Source: Octopus sinensis
Taxonomy: Eukaryota
Assembly: GCF_006345805.1 (NCBI RefSeq)
Contig: NC_043015.1
Span: 23,560,001 to 23,624,000, forward strand
DNA length: 64,000 bases
Direction of reading: 5' to 3'
The notes below the pieces were generated by a model. The model was given only the letters and a program-made list of their open reading frames with translations. It had not been told where the DNA came from and made no database searches. Position numbers and translations under genes: made by a program. Numbering within the stretch: the stretch's first letter is position 1; each line of letters opens with the position of its first letter. This document shows, piece after piece, positions 14,235 to 29,051 of the stretch.

Positions 14235-15678
14235 TTTACACACGGCCTTCAAACTGTAAAGTCACACCTTTGTGTTCCCATGCGCTTCTAGAATCTCCTC
14301 CGCCTCAGTCAGAAAAAAGGTCTTCTCGTTTGTTTTCTTGTTTGTTTTCTTGTTTATTTTTATTTCTCTTATTGTATTTTCTTGTACATGTATTTTTATC
14401 GTGTATTTTATTTTGTAGTTTTATTTGTATCGTTTTTACGTCCTGTTTTGTTACATTTTTTTCTTGCTTGTTTTTACCCCTCTGCGAGGTAATCTTATTT
14501 AAATTCTCTCGCAGGAAGGCTTAGTTTGGCGAGTCGTGTTCTGTCTTGCCTTCCAAACAGCTGGAGTCGAACTAGTGACAGCTGATGAAGGGGATTCTTC
14601 CTTGTGTAGTATGTCCTGTACTCTGTTTATCTGTTGTAAAAAAATGATTTTTCAGTTTTCGTTTCTCGTTGAGTTCTACGTCTAGTTGTGGTGTCCTGTA
14701 CTCACGTATATATATTTATCTTTGCATGTATATATACATGTAGATTTAGGTACGTACATATATGTTTGTATGTATGCATATATTTTATTTATTACACTAT
14801 TGTTTGACAGCGCCCTCGCGTCGGGTTCGATTCGATTCGTTCGCTTCGTTCCTTTCTTATTCTCCCAGTACTGTTTTATATATAATTATGACGCGAAATT
14901 CTTTATCTCTTTGCTTTACCTTTCCTTCTCTCCCTCTCTCTCAATCTTCCTCATCTCTCTCTCAGCCGCTTGTCTTCCTCTATCTCTCTCTCTCTCTCAC
15001 CCCTCCTCATCTTTGTCACTGCTAGCAAAAACTACTTCCTTTTATACACGGCCTTCAAACTGTAAAGTCACACCTTTGTGTTCCCATGCGCTTCTAGAAT
15101 CTCCTCCGCCTCAGTCAGAAAAAAGGCCTTCTCGTTTGTTTTTTTGTTTGTTTTCTTGTTTATTTTTATTTCTCGTATTGTATTTTCTTGTACATGTATT
15201 TTTATCTTGTATTTTATTTTGTAGTTTTATTTGTATCGTTTTTACGTCCTGTTTTTGTTACATTTTTTCTTGCTTGTTTTTACCCCTCTGCGAGGTAATT
15301 TTATTTAAATTCTCTCGCAGGAAGGCTTAGTTTGGCGAGTCGTGTTCTGTCTTGCCTTCCAAACACGCTGGAGTCGAACTAGTGACAGCTGATGAAGGGG
15401 ATTCTTCCTTGTGTAGTATGTCCTGTACTCTGTTTATCTGTTGTAAAAAAATGATTTTTCAGTTTTCGTTTCTCGTTGAGTTCTACGTCTAGTTGTGGTG
15501 TCCTGTACTCACGTATATATATTTATCTTTGCATGTATATATACATGTAGATTTAGGTACGTACATATATGTTTGTATGTATGCATATATTTTATTTATT
15601 ACACTATTGTTTGACAGCGCCCTCGCGTCAGGTTCGATTCGATTCGTTCGCTTCGTTCCTTTCTTATTCTCCCAGTAC

Positions 15679-15690
<12 letters not shown>
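14235..15690 (+). mobile_element. Partial tandem (about 1.8 units, period about 806 bp) of a non-coding element in (TA)n, probably PLE-derived
   Basis: 14235-14883 and 15041-15690 are near-identical. They are flanked by (TA)n on both sides, and each contains CTGATGA and a ggaaggc...gccttcc stem. A diverged third fragment lies at 55080-55278. Confidence 0.8.
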
Positions 15691-15731
<41 letters not shown>

Positions 15732-16074
15732 TGCATGAGATTAAGGTTCTATTTGCTTAGCATTGACTAATACATTGTATTAGCGAGACAGTTACAACGT
15801 TGAAATTTCGGAGTTACTGCAACCTTATTCTCGCAAAATTCGTATGTACTCCACAAAATATATAGAGTGATCCTTCATTTTAATATAAAAATGTCAAATA
15901 TCAACATACACACACACACACTGATAGACAAACACACACACACACAAACACACACACTCATCTCTTCCTCTTTGTCTGTCTATGTGTCTCTGTTTCTGTC
16001 TGTCTGTCTCTGTCTGTCTCTCTCTGTCTCTACACCCCTCTCTCTGTTCTGTCTCTATATATGAGTGTGTTTGG

Positions 16075-16440
16075 AGGAGCAATGACCCGGTGGTTAGGGC
16101 AGCGGACCTGTGGTCGTAGGATCGCGATTTCTATTCCCAGACCGAGCGTTGTGTTTATTGAGCAAAGCTCCACGAGGCTCCGGCAGGGGTTGGTGGTTGC
16201 GAACCCTGCTGCACTCTTTCACTACAACTTCCTCTCACTCTTTCTTCATGTTTCTGTTGTACCTGAATTTCAAAGGGCCAGCCTTGTCACACTCTGTGTC
16301 ACGCTGAATCTCCCCTGAGAACTACGTTATGGGTATACGTGTCTGTGGAGTGCTCAGCCACGAGCTAATTGCACGAGCAGACTGTTCCGTCGATCGGATT
16401 AACTGGAACCATCGTCGTCGCGACCAACGGAGTGCCACGA
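16075..16440 (+). mobile_element. tRNA-derived SINE (family B)
   Basis: gcaatgacccggtggttagggcagcggac...gatttctattccc head. Same family as 54763-54922. Confidence 0.8.
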
Positions 16441-16849
16441 TGAGTGTGTGTAAGCGTATCTTTCACGAAGCATGAGGAAGTGTTATGCAATTATATAAGC
16501 GATGACGTGGCCGCTTTTCTTGGTAATTTTATTGATACAAATTTCATCACTGATACCGAGTCTTGTGTTGTAAGACGTTCTAGTCAAGATTAATTAGTCT
16601 TTTCACATATCATTGAATACACACACAAATGCCTCTTTCCATTTATAAAACCGTATTTTATGATTACAGTAAATTACTACTATTTCTAGGAAATTGTGCA
16701 ACCGCATAGACGCTCATTCGTTGGTTAGTCGAGGAGGCATTGATTTATAATGATTACAAAATTAATGATGCCGTGTTTGCTGATTGTATTAATGCTGGTT
16801 CTAACGAAAGACAAGGAAAGACGCTCTTCGCTAATTGTGTCGTTTTTGT

Positions 16850-17340
16850 TAGTGACGACGGAGGCGGCGACGACGACGACGACGATGGTGATGGTGCTAA
16901 TGCTAATGGTGATGATGATGGTCGTGGTGGTAGTGGTGGTGGTCCTTCTTGTTGTGGTGGTGGGGATGTTGTCGGTGGTCTTCTGGTGGCAGCCGTGTAG
17001 TTGTTGCTGGTGGAGGTGTTCATAATGCTACATCTGGTGTTTATTACGATAATCACGATGATGATAAGGGGGAGGGGAAGAGTAGAGAGTAGGAGTAGGA
17101 GTATAGTGATAATGGTTATGATGAGGGTGACGACAATGATGTTGAATGTATTGGTAGTAATGGTCATGGCCGTGACGGTCTTGCTGCTGCAGCAGCAGCT
17201 GATGATGATGATGACAACGATGATGACGAGGAACGACGATGACAATGATGTTAATAATAGCGAAGCTAATCATGATAGTGTTATTGATGCAGAAGGCGGT
17301 GATGGCGATGATGCTGAGAGTGACGACGATATGGGCGGAA
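16850..17340. repeat. Degenerate (GAT/GGT/GAC)n low-complexity tract
   Basis: Directly visible. Confidence 0.85.
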
Positions 17341-18750
17341 TGTTGTACTGATTAGCTCACATCTTGTCGTCATTAAAGATTAATGATGCTCCAACACCTC
17401 ACTATTTAAATTAGTTCGGAGCGCAGGCGTCCATTAAATCTAGATTTATTAAACTGACATTTGATATTCACACCCTAATTAACTGACTGAAATTTCTTTA
17501 AAAATAAACTAAAGGCACGTTTTACAATTTTCGGTTTCTATTACGTGTTCCATGTTCTTTATATATTTTCATTTGTCTTGACATTTTATTTATTGTTTAT
17601 TTCCGTATTTTGTTCTTTCATGTTTTCATGTTATTTCCCTTTATTTTATATTAGGTATTTGAAAACTGATTTTTGGAATCCTTTGGAATCCTATAAACGC
17701 ATCTATATATCAGTGGTGTATTTTATACTTTGTTTAGTGGTCCTGGAGGTCGGGGCTGTCTTTAATTATTTGCTGGTTGATACACTAAGTACAAATCAAA
17801 GGTTTCTGAATATGCAATTTCATTAGTATATCAATGTACTAAAACAAAAAAGAAAAAAAAACCCGAAAGACACCCAGTCAACAGTTGTCTAATTCCACAA
17901 AACATGAGGCTATGAATGAAATTTTACAGTCTAACGTATTCGAGTAAGAGATAGAGAGAAAGAAAGAGAAATAGAGACAGTCAGATACAGAGAGAAAAGG
18001 GAGTGACAGACAAAGCCAGCGGATACAGAAGCACAGAAAGAATTATAGATCATAGTAAGCAATCGATTCTTATAGTCACCAAAAATGGAAGAAAGTTAAT
18101 ATTGGCATGAGAGAGATTTTCAATTCAGAGATCAGAGAAAACGAAAAGAATATCTGCAAGGGATTTTATTGAACACGCCATATTACCTTGATTAAACTCC
18201 TTGCGTTTCAGATGTCGTTGTATTAGCGAGACATTAATTGACTACACGGAATGATCTGGCGTTTCATTTATGCATGTCAACGGCATTGCTTTCTCATTCC
18301 CCATTTTTTTTAACGTTGACAAAGATGAACCAGCAAAATGGTATGAATATTTGTTGAACATTTTATTCCATGTGTAAATCGATTGCGGAAATAATTTGTG
18401 TATAATCGGGAAATCATGTGCACTGGAATTTACGTTAACTGTAAAGTGAAAATTTTAGCATCACGAAGAGCATCCGTAATTTATGTACTCTTCCAACTAA
18501 TTATGAAGATTAAGACTGAACAGTTTCTTGTCTCTGATCCTACTTTCTCGTCTAACTCTCCTCCCAGTGCGTATTTCTGCGTGTGAATTTGAATACTGAC
18601 ACGTTTAATCATTCTAGGTGTATGTGAATGTTATCTTATACATGTACACACATATAAAAGCACAAACACACTCACTCACACACATACACATACACACATA
18701 TATATATATATATATATGCACATATACATGTACGCATGTATGTATATATA

Positions 18751-18822
<72 letters not shown>

Positions 18823-19650
18823 CGAGGGAATGTTTATATATACATATTTGTATGTACATATATATGTGTTTATTGAGCAAAAACACCCAAACCCGCAATG
18901 TATTTCTCGTTTCGAGTGAATGCCACTTGCTCAATTCACCGTGTAGTGGGATCAAATGTTTCATGAATTAAGCGGGGAACATTTTAACTATTTAGCTACG
19001 ATACTACGCAAAATATATCAATGACTTTAAGACTACGAAATATTATGCGTACTTGTTTATAAAAGAACTTTTCATTACAATGGATGAATGAGGGAGTCTT
19101 CGAAGATTACAAAATGTCGTTAGTTGCAGTGTTGGCTCTGAATTTTTCAGAAAATCTGTACAGATAAAGAGAAATATAAGAATATTGCACTGCTAACGAA
19201 GCGTAACTCACAATATTGACTTGTAAATGCGTATGGTTGCGAAACGAAATTCTGTATCCTTGCTCATATTTAATATCATGATCAATTTTAGTAATTTTCA
19301 TAAGTTCTCTCACATCGTTTCGTACAAGACGAGATAATTCTCAAAATTTTTCAGTCCATTAAGTGATCTTTCACTTATTTCTTGCTATTTCTTCATATTG
19401 TAGTTACATTCATTATTGTTTTGATCGTAAATTGTACGGGGCAACCTTATCTGCCTCTTTTGTTGTGTTCACGGTCAAGAAACTAGAAAAAAAGTAGAAA
19501 GTAGTAAAAGTCGCATCTCTTAATGTTTCAGCAGAACAGCTTGCGTTAAACGCTTCCCAATCAAATATTGTCACCACCACCACCATACTCATCTACATCA
19601 TCATCATCTTGATCCTCCTCCTCCTCATCATCATCAACATTATTATTATT

Positions 19651-19810
19651 GAGGCAGTGAGCAGGCAAAGTTGTTAGCACGCCGGACGAAGTGCTTAGCA
19701 GTAATTCTTCCGTCATTTCGTACAGCGTTTATAGTGCGCCGAGGTCAACACTGACACTTTTCTTTTGGGGTCGATGAATAAGTGTACTAGTAGATCATTG
19801 AATCGATATA
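19651..19810 (+). mobile_element. Decayed SINE (family C)
   Basis: gaggcagtgagcaggcaaagttgttagcacgccggacgaagtgcttagc...gccgaggtcaac, following a (TTA)n run. Confidence 0.7.
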
Positions 19811-21198
19811 ACAAAATGTTATTCTTTTTATTGGTGCTGTTAATTACCACGGAATTTCATTTAACTGCTTATAAATATGTCAGTATTGAGAAGACGTTTT
19901 CTCACGTTACACCTACAAATTTCACTCACAAATTTCAGATGTCAACGTATCAGTACAATACACTTGTACAAATTACCATCCGCTTTCATAGAACATAAGA
20001 AAAGTATTTGTATAGCGAAGATGTTAATGACTCAGATCAAATGCGAGAATGACTTCTCTTTCCCAAAATAATTCGATCTGAAGATTTTCCTTCCTGTCTG
20101 TCAGCTTATCACGTGTTAAGGGCTCATTTGTTTTTTACTGCGTTGCCTACACATCTCATTCGGGTTTCATCTTCTCGGGACTGTTTTTAGCCACGACCTT
20201 CTTCAGGGAATGTTCGAAGTGTGCCATTCGTTTATTCAATCACTCTTTACAACTACAACGGCGGATTGAAGCAGTTGTTTCATTGTTAAAATTGAGTAGT
20301 TGCAAACACCATTTTATCCTTGGAGGAATGAATATTATTAGGTGGCATAGTAATGTCCTGGCATTTAGAGAAAGTTTATGAATAACTTTTCTCCATCAGG
20401 ACTTTTAAGAATGGTGTGGTGTTGGTGTTTTCGTTTCCTGCCTCCTTATATTTATTGGGTATCATTTAGATGTAATTTCTAATATGGTATATCTTCGTTC
20501 TGAATGGCAGGGATGAATTATAATATACAAAGAGGCCTTGTATGCCACTTTTTTGTGGCATAGTTAAACATAACGGTTGCACTCTCTATGATTTCGAACT
20601 GAAAATGAAGCAGAGCTAAGGCATCGTTGTTGTTGAGGTACTCCGGCTCAACTTTTTTGTGTTTATCGATATAGTTGAATACAATCTGTACGCAATTACG
20701 ACTACATACAGCATGATTAGACTGGAGACTGTGCTCAGATATCGCAAGTCTGGAACTGTGTAGAAATATTTTAGTAGACCTTTGAATTGAAACAAGACCT
20801 TTTATCTGTGCAATGAAAAGGAAGGAAAAAAGTCCGTCGAGTGTCTTTGATGAAAAAAAATACAGAAAAAAACGACAGCATAACTAGGATTTAAGTTACA
20901 ACTATTCACAATTCAGAGCCATACAGCTATGTTAACAAGCAGCATTCGTCGAGAAAACTATAACACTAATAATAACAGATGATCAAAACAATAAAAATCA
21001 GACCAGACGAGTGAATTGTTCTCCGGAGAACACCGTCAACAACACGGAGCGCCAACGATTCAATGACAATAAATCAAAGCAAAATGTTACCATTAAAGCA
21101 AAGAGCGATAACTGATTCTGAACAATTAGTAGAAGTGAATGAAGAATATAAACAACACAAAATCGCACTTCCACCAAACTTGCTCATGTATGTATGTA

Positions 21199-21239
<41 letters not shown>

Positions 21240-21262
21240 AAACACACGCAGGCACGCACACG

Positions 21263-21293
<31 letters not shown>

Positions 21294-21350
21294 ACACGCG
21301 CACACATACACACACTTTACTTATATAATATAATACATGCATATATAAAG

Positions 21351-21563
21351 TTGCTATTACCTAAAAGTGTCGTAAGTCCAAAATGTTACTTTCAGAAAGC
21401 GAAAAAATAATTTCACCGTTCTGTAGCGAAACCGTAGTACTACAATTTGACAATTTTCGATTTCTCGGCTTCTGAAGCAGATAGAGATACGATACTTTGA
21501 CCAAAAGAAGCAAAAAACGCATTTGGCAAAATTTGGACATACGACAGTTTAACGTAAGAGCGA
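21351..21563. mobile_element. MITE of about 210 bp with imperfect TIRs of about 32 bp
   Basis: Left end ttgctattacctaaaagtgtcgtaagtccaaa; reverse complement of the right end is tcgctcttacgttaaactgtcgtatgtccaaa. Confidence 0.7.
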
Positions 21564-21611
<48 letters not shown>

Positions 21612-21711
21612 ACGTTATATAATTAGGGTTCAGTAAAAAAATTAATTTACCACACACCGAACTTTTAAAATAGCAGCCAAAAAATTTTAGCTATTTCCTC
21701 TACTATAAGAA

Positions 21712-21759
<48 letters not shown>

Positions 21760-21907
21760 TTTTATTTGTTTATTTGTCTCAGTCATTTGAATCCGGAACC
21801 ATGATGTTGGGAAGCAAGCGTCTTACCACACAGCCACTCCAGTATATGTATACATATATGTGTATATATACTCACACGCAGACACATACGCAAACACACA
21901 CACACAT

Positions 21908-22299
21908 GCAGGTGTGGTTGTGTGGTAAGGAGTATGGCTCGCAGCTACATGATGCTGGGTTCAGTGTCACTGTGTGCACCTTAGGTGAGTGACTTCAGCT
22001 ATAGATCCAGAATAAAGAATACCTAGCGAATAGATTTGGTAGACAGAAATCGAAAGAAACTCGTCGTATAGCTGTGTTTGTGTATCCATATGTGTTCGTG
22101 TGTGGATTTGTCAACCTCAACCACCGCCCGTGAACCGGCGTTTTTATACGCCCCAGTATTCTAGCAGTTCGACAAAAGACATCGATAGAATAAGTGCCAG
22201 ACTTAGCAAGATAAATACTAGAGTTGATTTGTTCGACTGAAGTCTTTGAGACGGTACCCTAGCATAGCCGCAGTCCAGTGACTGCAAAAAGTAAAAGAC
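21908..22299 (+). mobile_element. tRNA-derived SINE (family A), diverged
   Basis: Collinear with the copies at 38576 and 54304. Confidence 0.8.
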
Positions 22300-22368
22300 A
22301 AATGATATAGACGCCAAAGACGCATGACGCACGTGTATACAGGCGCACTGACATGTACACACACACGT

Positions 22369-22750
22369 GCGCGTGGCCGTGTGGTAGTAGCTTGTTTACC
22401 AGTCACATGGGTCCGGGTTCAGTCCCACTGCGTTCCACCTTGGGCAAGTGTATTCTACTATAGCCTCAGGACAACCAAAGCCTTGTGAGTGGATTTAGTA
22501 GACGGAAACTGAAAAAAGCCCATCGTATGTGTATATATATGTATACATGTGTGTGTGTTTGTGTGTACCCCCACCATCACCTGACAACCGATGCTGGTGT
22601 GCTTACGTCCCCGTAACTTAGCGGTTCGGCAAAAAGAGACCGATAGAATAAGTTCTAGGCTTGCAAAGAATAAGTTCTGGAGTCGAATTGCTTGTTTAAA
22701 GGTGATGCTCCAGCATATCCGCAGTCAAATGACTGAAACAAATAAAAGAA
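22369..22750 (+). mobile_element. tRNA-derived SINE (family A)
   Basis: gtggccgtgtggta...gggttcagtccc head, ccttgggcaagtg core, internal (TG)n, and gcagtcaaatgactgaaacaaataaaag tail. Confidence 0.9.
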
Positions 22751-22815
22751 TATATATATATATGCATATACAGAGGGAGAGAGAGAGAGATAAAGAGAGG
22801 GGGATTCACAGATAA

Positions 22816-22874
<59 letters not shown>

Positions 22875-24494
22875 CACACGCACTCACACACGCACACACA
22901 CACACACTCACACACACACAGGAGCAGTCACAACTTAAATGATATTCATGTGGTACATGTACCCATGTGCACGTATGTTATTTTTATGTCGCGTAACTTG
23001 GCATTTTTTCACCCCGAAATGAAATCAATAAAATACCCATCAGCGTCAAAAATGTACTGAGGATGATACAAATGACTGTTATCTTATCTTTCAAGTCTGT
23101 GCTCCAGCATGACCGCATTGAAATTATATCCAAGAAAAGAGTAAATGAGTAACGATAACTAAAATAAATAAAACGAAAATAACATAGGATCGAACGCTCA
23201 CTAATTAGAGAACACCACTGTCGATATAAAATGAAGAACTAAAATTCCGTCGCTCTGTTCCCGTGATATTTGCGGTTCGTTAAACTAGTTAGTCATTTGA
23301 GAAAACTTCTCATTAATACAAATTAACGTTTTATCATGCTCGTTTGTTTCCAATTCTCACCATTTATTTATTTATTACTCATTTGTTTTATATATGTTTC
23401 ATTTTGCTTTTACTTCTTTGATATTTTTTTATCGTATATTTGACTCTTTCTATCTCTTTCACTTTATTCACTGCGGTTTTTAGTCTGTTAAACTACTCTG
23501 CTATCATTTACAAACTCTCTTTCTCTCTCTCTCTTTCTCGCTCTCTTTCTCTCTCCCCATCTTTCTCTCTATCCAATATCTTTCATTAACACTCTCTCCT
23601 ACTAGTTTTCATTAACAGAATCTCGCTCTCTTTTCATATGACTTTCTTCTTTTCTCTCTGAATTATCTTCTCTCTCCATATCTCTCTCCCGCTTCCACTC
23701 TTTACTTTTGTTTCGAATCAAGCTACGTTCTTGAGAGCGAATTAGAGCACTCAGTTGTTTTGGGTGGTGATGGTGTTGTTCTTGTTGGTGGTGGTGGTTT
23801 GGACGCAGCTATGGTGGTGGCGTAAGCGATAGTGATGCTACCGATGGCAGTGGTGTCTTTGTTGTTCTTGTTATTGGTATTTAGTTCCATATTTTACGCG
23901 ATCGAACGAACTTATGTTGAAAGTGTTTTCATCCATCCAGGAGAAGAAGTTTTGCCGTGAGGTACTCCATTCTTACTCATCTGAAAGCGCTATGATAATG
24001 GACAGACGTCTGAGAGTATATTAAATATTTCTCTCGGTGCCAACATGGCGATTTCAATCCCAAGGCATATCACACAGTGTAAATGATAGCTCCAGGTAAC
24101 CCAAAGCTTTGTAATGGACATTAAGGAGACACAACTCATAGAGATTCTAACCGGAATCACCGAACGCACGATTCGTGGCTTTCTTCCACGCAGTGTCATG
24201 ATGCTGCTGCTTGAGAATTACATTTACTGACCGCAAAATATTTTTGGAATACTGAAGATGAAGGTGTAGTTGCGATCGAGCATTTGAAAGCATCTTTGGG
24301 AAATCTGTCACAAGATTCTCTAGAACTTTGCTATCCAGCATGTTTGACTGTTAATAAGAGGATATTTTACGAATATTTGATTATTTCTAATTACAGAAGG
24401 TAATGACGTAGACAGCCAGCATCATTATCTGTTTACCGCCAGATTAGTTTTCATCAAGTGTTGTCAGGATCAATGAACTAGGTATAAGGACATA

Positions 24495-24599
<105 letters not shown>

Positions 24600-24600
24600 T

Positions 24601-25045
24601 AAAGGCGGCTAGCTAATAAAATCGTTACCACGCCGGGCGAAATAGCACTAAGCATTTCGCCCGTTCTACGCTCTTAGTTCAAATTCCGCCGAGGTCGACT
24701 TTGCCTTACATCGTTTCGGGGTCGATAAATTAAGTACCAACGAAACAGTGTGTGGCAAAAATTTTAAATCATCATTTATTATTATTATTATTATTATTAT
24801 ATTATTATTATTATTATTAATTATTATTATTATTATTATTATCACTAAGGCAGCGAGCTGATAGAATCGTTAGCAAGCCAAGCGAAAAGCTTAGCGGCAT
24901 TTCGCCTGTCCGTACGTTCCGACTTTACCTTTCATCTTTTCGGTGCCGATCAATTAAGAACCAGCTGGACACTAGAGTCCATGTAATCAACTCCTTCTCT
25001 TCCCCCACCCGAAAGTGCTCCCCTTCTGGAAAGAGTTGAAAGCAT
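24601..25045 (+). mobile_element. Two family C SINE copies (24601-24750, 24847-25045) separated by (TTA)n
   Basis: aaggcgg/cagcgagctg...atcgtta...gcatttcgcc...gttcaaattccgccgaggtcgactttgcc in the first copy; the second copy is internally deleted. Confidence 0.8.
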
Positions 25046-27559
25046 TATTATTATTATAGTAGTATAACTTCGGGTAAATTTCTCTTGCAACACTTGCTTA
25101 CACCTCCATCTTACTGAGGTATGTGTATCGGGAGGTACGTACTGAATTCTGTGGGTTTCAATGTCTTGATCATACCAATTTTTAGAGCATTGTAATCATG
25201 GTTTCCACTTTTGTTGTTTCCAGGTTTTACGTTTGTTCCTCGTTCCTTCCCGTTTATATTCTTGTCTCTGTTGCTCTTGTTTGATACATTTTCGTCATCA
25301 TTATGCATTCCTAGGGTTTGAGTGTATTGTGTTTCGTTACTTACTTCGTTTTTGTTGCACATATTATGTCCATGGGTTTTACAATACCTGTACTTATGTT
25401 ACGAGTATCAGATATGGTTCTATGGACACTATTTGTGTTATCCTGATGAACTTTTCCTTTTAAAGACCTCTATTTCAATATCTGATATCTTTTTCGTTTG
25501 GAGAATGTACCTCATGATGTTGGCAGCAGCATGGTCGAACACACAATGAGTGTATATCTCTCTCTCTATACAAGAATGGTACAAATAGTTGGGTTCAAGA
25601 AGAGCAGCAGCAGCAATGGGGTAGGGGACGGGGCTGAGGGGAGGATCATAGTGCTCTTAAAAACAATGACACACACACATGTACACACACACGCTCACAC
25701 ACACAGACACATATAAGAATAAACATCATAGAAAAGCATGTAGCAAGCAGTGCAAGAACACACACAAACTCTTCGTTGGTATCATTATTATTAAGATATA
25801 TATATATATATATGTCCATGTATATGTGTGTGTGTGAGTGTGTGCGCGAACTTGTGTGCGTTAACTTTTTCATGTGGATGTTTCTGCATGATCACAGATG
25901 TAGTTGAAATATATCTTCTAAGGGTCATCTTCCATATCTCCCTGTATATATCTCTCTCTATACTATCGTTCATTTCAGATCTTCTCTTCCTCTTCGTAAA
26001 CCGCTCTTACAATGCCAGCAATTATGCGCCTCTTAATGTATTTAGATACATATGAGGACAATTCGCTACTTATAATTCTGTTTCCGTTTGTTTATCACTT
26101 CTTTCACAACAATAATCAAAACTATTTTGCACACTTCGTATTAATATTAATATGACATTCATACTTATCTCCCTTATTTTCATCGTCATTTTATTCATTT
26201 GTTATTTTTACTATTACACGATGTCCTCCTATAATACGAGATACTTAGCAACCTTGTAGCTCTTAATCAGAATAGGAAGCAAGATGATTCACTTAATTCC
26301 AATGGCGTTTAGTTTTATTCTTCTTCTTGAGATATCTTACTAATTTCTCACACTACACACTTCGCAGTTTCATCTAATTCATCAACTATCTATCACTTTT
26401 TATTATCCTCAGTTTATGTTGCTGTATCTATTTTATTTATCCCAACCGGCTTTAAGCGTCAACAATACTGCTACGCAAAGATAGAGTAGGCTTTGCAGAG
26501 TTTTATCTTGTAAGTGAGACCAATTCTGTTTGCTTCGCAGTTTAGCTAAAAGGCTAAATCCACTTCTATCTGCAATTTCAGTTATTATTCAAAATTCTGT
26601 TTTCTGAATTTTGTTTTATATTTCCACCAAAACTCGGGGATATCTCTATCTATTAATTGCATGGAAAATCTCAATTAATCAATAATATTTCGAAAGGTTA
26701 TCTTACATTTCTAAGACGCCTAATGAATTTGTTGTAGATGTGTATTCGCTTGTAGCTACAAAATATAATTCGATTTCTGGTTTCTACGTGTTTTCTTTTC
26801 TTGTGTTCTTCCGTCTCGGTTTATCCCTTACCATGGTTTCATATTACCAGACAAATGGATCATGTAACATATTCGATTCAAATTTGGATTCCATGCCCTC
26901 AATTTTGCTTCTAGTTATTTTTCTTCTATATACACGATATGGATATTCTAGTTTGGAACAATACGTTTCACTTCAATTTCCCTCAAAGAAATAGCTGGGT
27001 TTTAAACATATGAATGCAATATGCATTTATTGTCTCTGTTGTATTCTCTGCAACACTCCTTGGTCTTGACGTAATACGTGTTTCTAGACAGATAAGGCAT
27101 TGAGTATTATGCCTTGCTTTTTCTGAACATCATTGCCGTCGGTGCAATTATGTTCATCATCAAGGTTACAGCTTGTTTCTTTATGTAATCATCTATCTGT
27201 GAAAAGCATGGAGCTAATAAAATTTGTGTATAAAGAATTCAAGAAGAGATTCCATTTATCTTTTGCTGCATTTGTCTCTTTGCAATTCACAACCTTCTTA
27301 CGAGGGAAGCAAGTATAGCTGTGTGGTAAGGAAGTTCGTTTTCCATCCTGTTGACTAAATGGATCTGGGTTCGACTGGACAGGAGTTGAAGCAAATATCT
27401 TCTAACATGAATCAGAATTAATCGATATCAAAATCAATACTTACTGATTGTAGCTCTATAGAGTATATATATATATATATCTACGTATGTATTACGTACG
27501 TACGTATGTATGTGCATGTGTGTACAAATGTATATATCAATATATATTTATCTATATAT

Positions 27560-28224
27560 ATTGAGCACAAATCAAAGGGTGACTCCAGGCCCCAGAGTTT
27601 CGTGCGTTAGCATTTATCAAACTCATATTTTGAGTTCCATGTTTCCGTCTGCATCAACATACATGCATATATGGTGGCTGCCCCCTCGTTATCGAGTATG
27701 GCCATTGCACGAAGCTTAATCAATGTTGCTTTCGTGCAATGCCTGTGCAAGAAGATTTTTTTTTAAGCGAGGAAAGGCTGTGCACTGAGTCAATCCCACT
27801 CACTAAGCAACAGCAGCCATAATCCGAAAAGAAGAACAAGTCAACATCATCGGTAAGTACTGAGCCGTAGGTTTTATGTCGGAGTTATCCCAGTTACCTG
27901 AGTTACCTTCTCCTAGAAGGATGCCATAACAAAGGCTAGGAGTCCTTCACTCCCAATGGTTTAATCACGCGATCGGGTATTCAGTCCGATTATTTCTCTG
28001 TCTCCGCGCATAATAAAGCCTTAAGACATTTATTAGATGGCCGTTGACTCTCAATAGTTCCTCCGCCCTTTGACGGGTTTTGTTTTTCATCCTGTAGGGT
28101 GTCCAATAAAGACTCCCCTCACCAAGTAAGCTTGGTGGGGTTGCCTGTTTAGTCACCGACGACCCGACCATGCAACAGGTTGTACTGGGTTACATGTTAC
28201 CAGTAGCACTCGAAAGTGACCTGA
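27560..28224 (-). mobile_element. Non-coding element resembling an RTE-clade LINE 5' UTR
   Basis: GC-richer block between microsatellites. The minus strand contains gcatccttctaggagaaggtaactc, reminiscent of RTE 5' UTR motifs (recalled, not searched). Confidence 0.45.
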
Positions 28225-28230
28225 CATACA

Positions 28231-28264
<34 letters not shown>

Positions 28265-28284
28265 CAAGCATACATACATATATC

Positions 28285-29036
<752 letters not shown>

Positions 29037-29051
29037 ATATATATATATATA

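Noticed and set aside
20150-20213. Minus-strand CTGAAGA...GAAACCCG as a hammerhead
   Set aside because: Stem II does not pair and the cleavage triplet is absent. It is at most an old PLE remnant.
23930-24345. Possible host exon (two overlapping short ORFs)
   Set aside because: I could not recognise a motif or identify supported splice sites.
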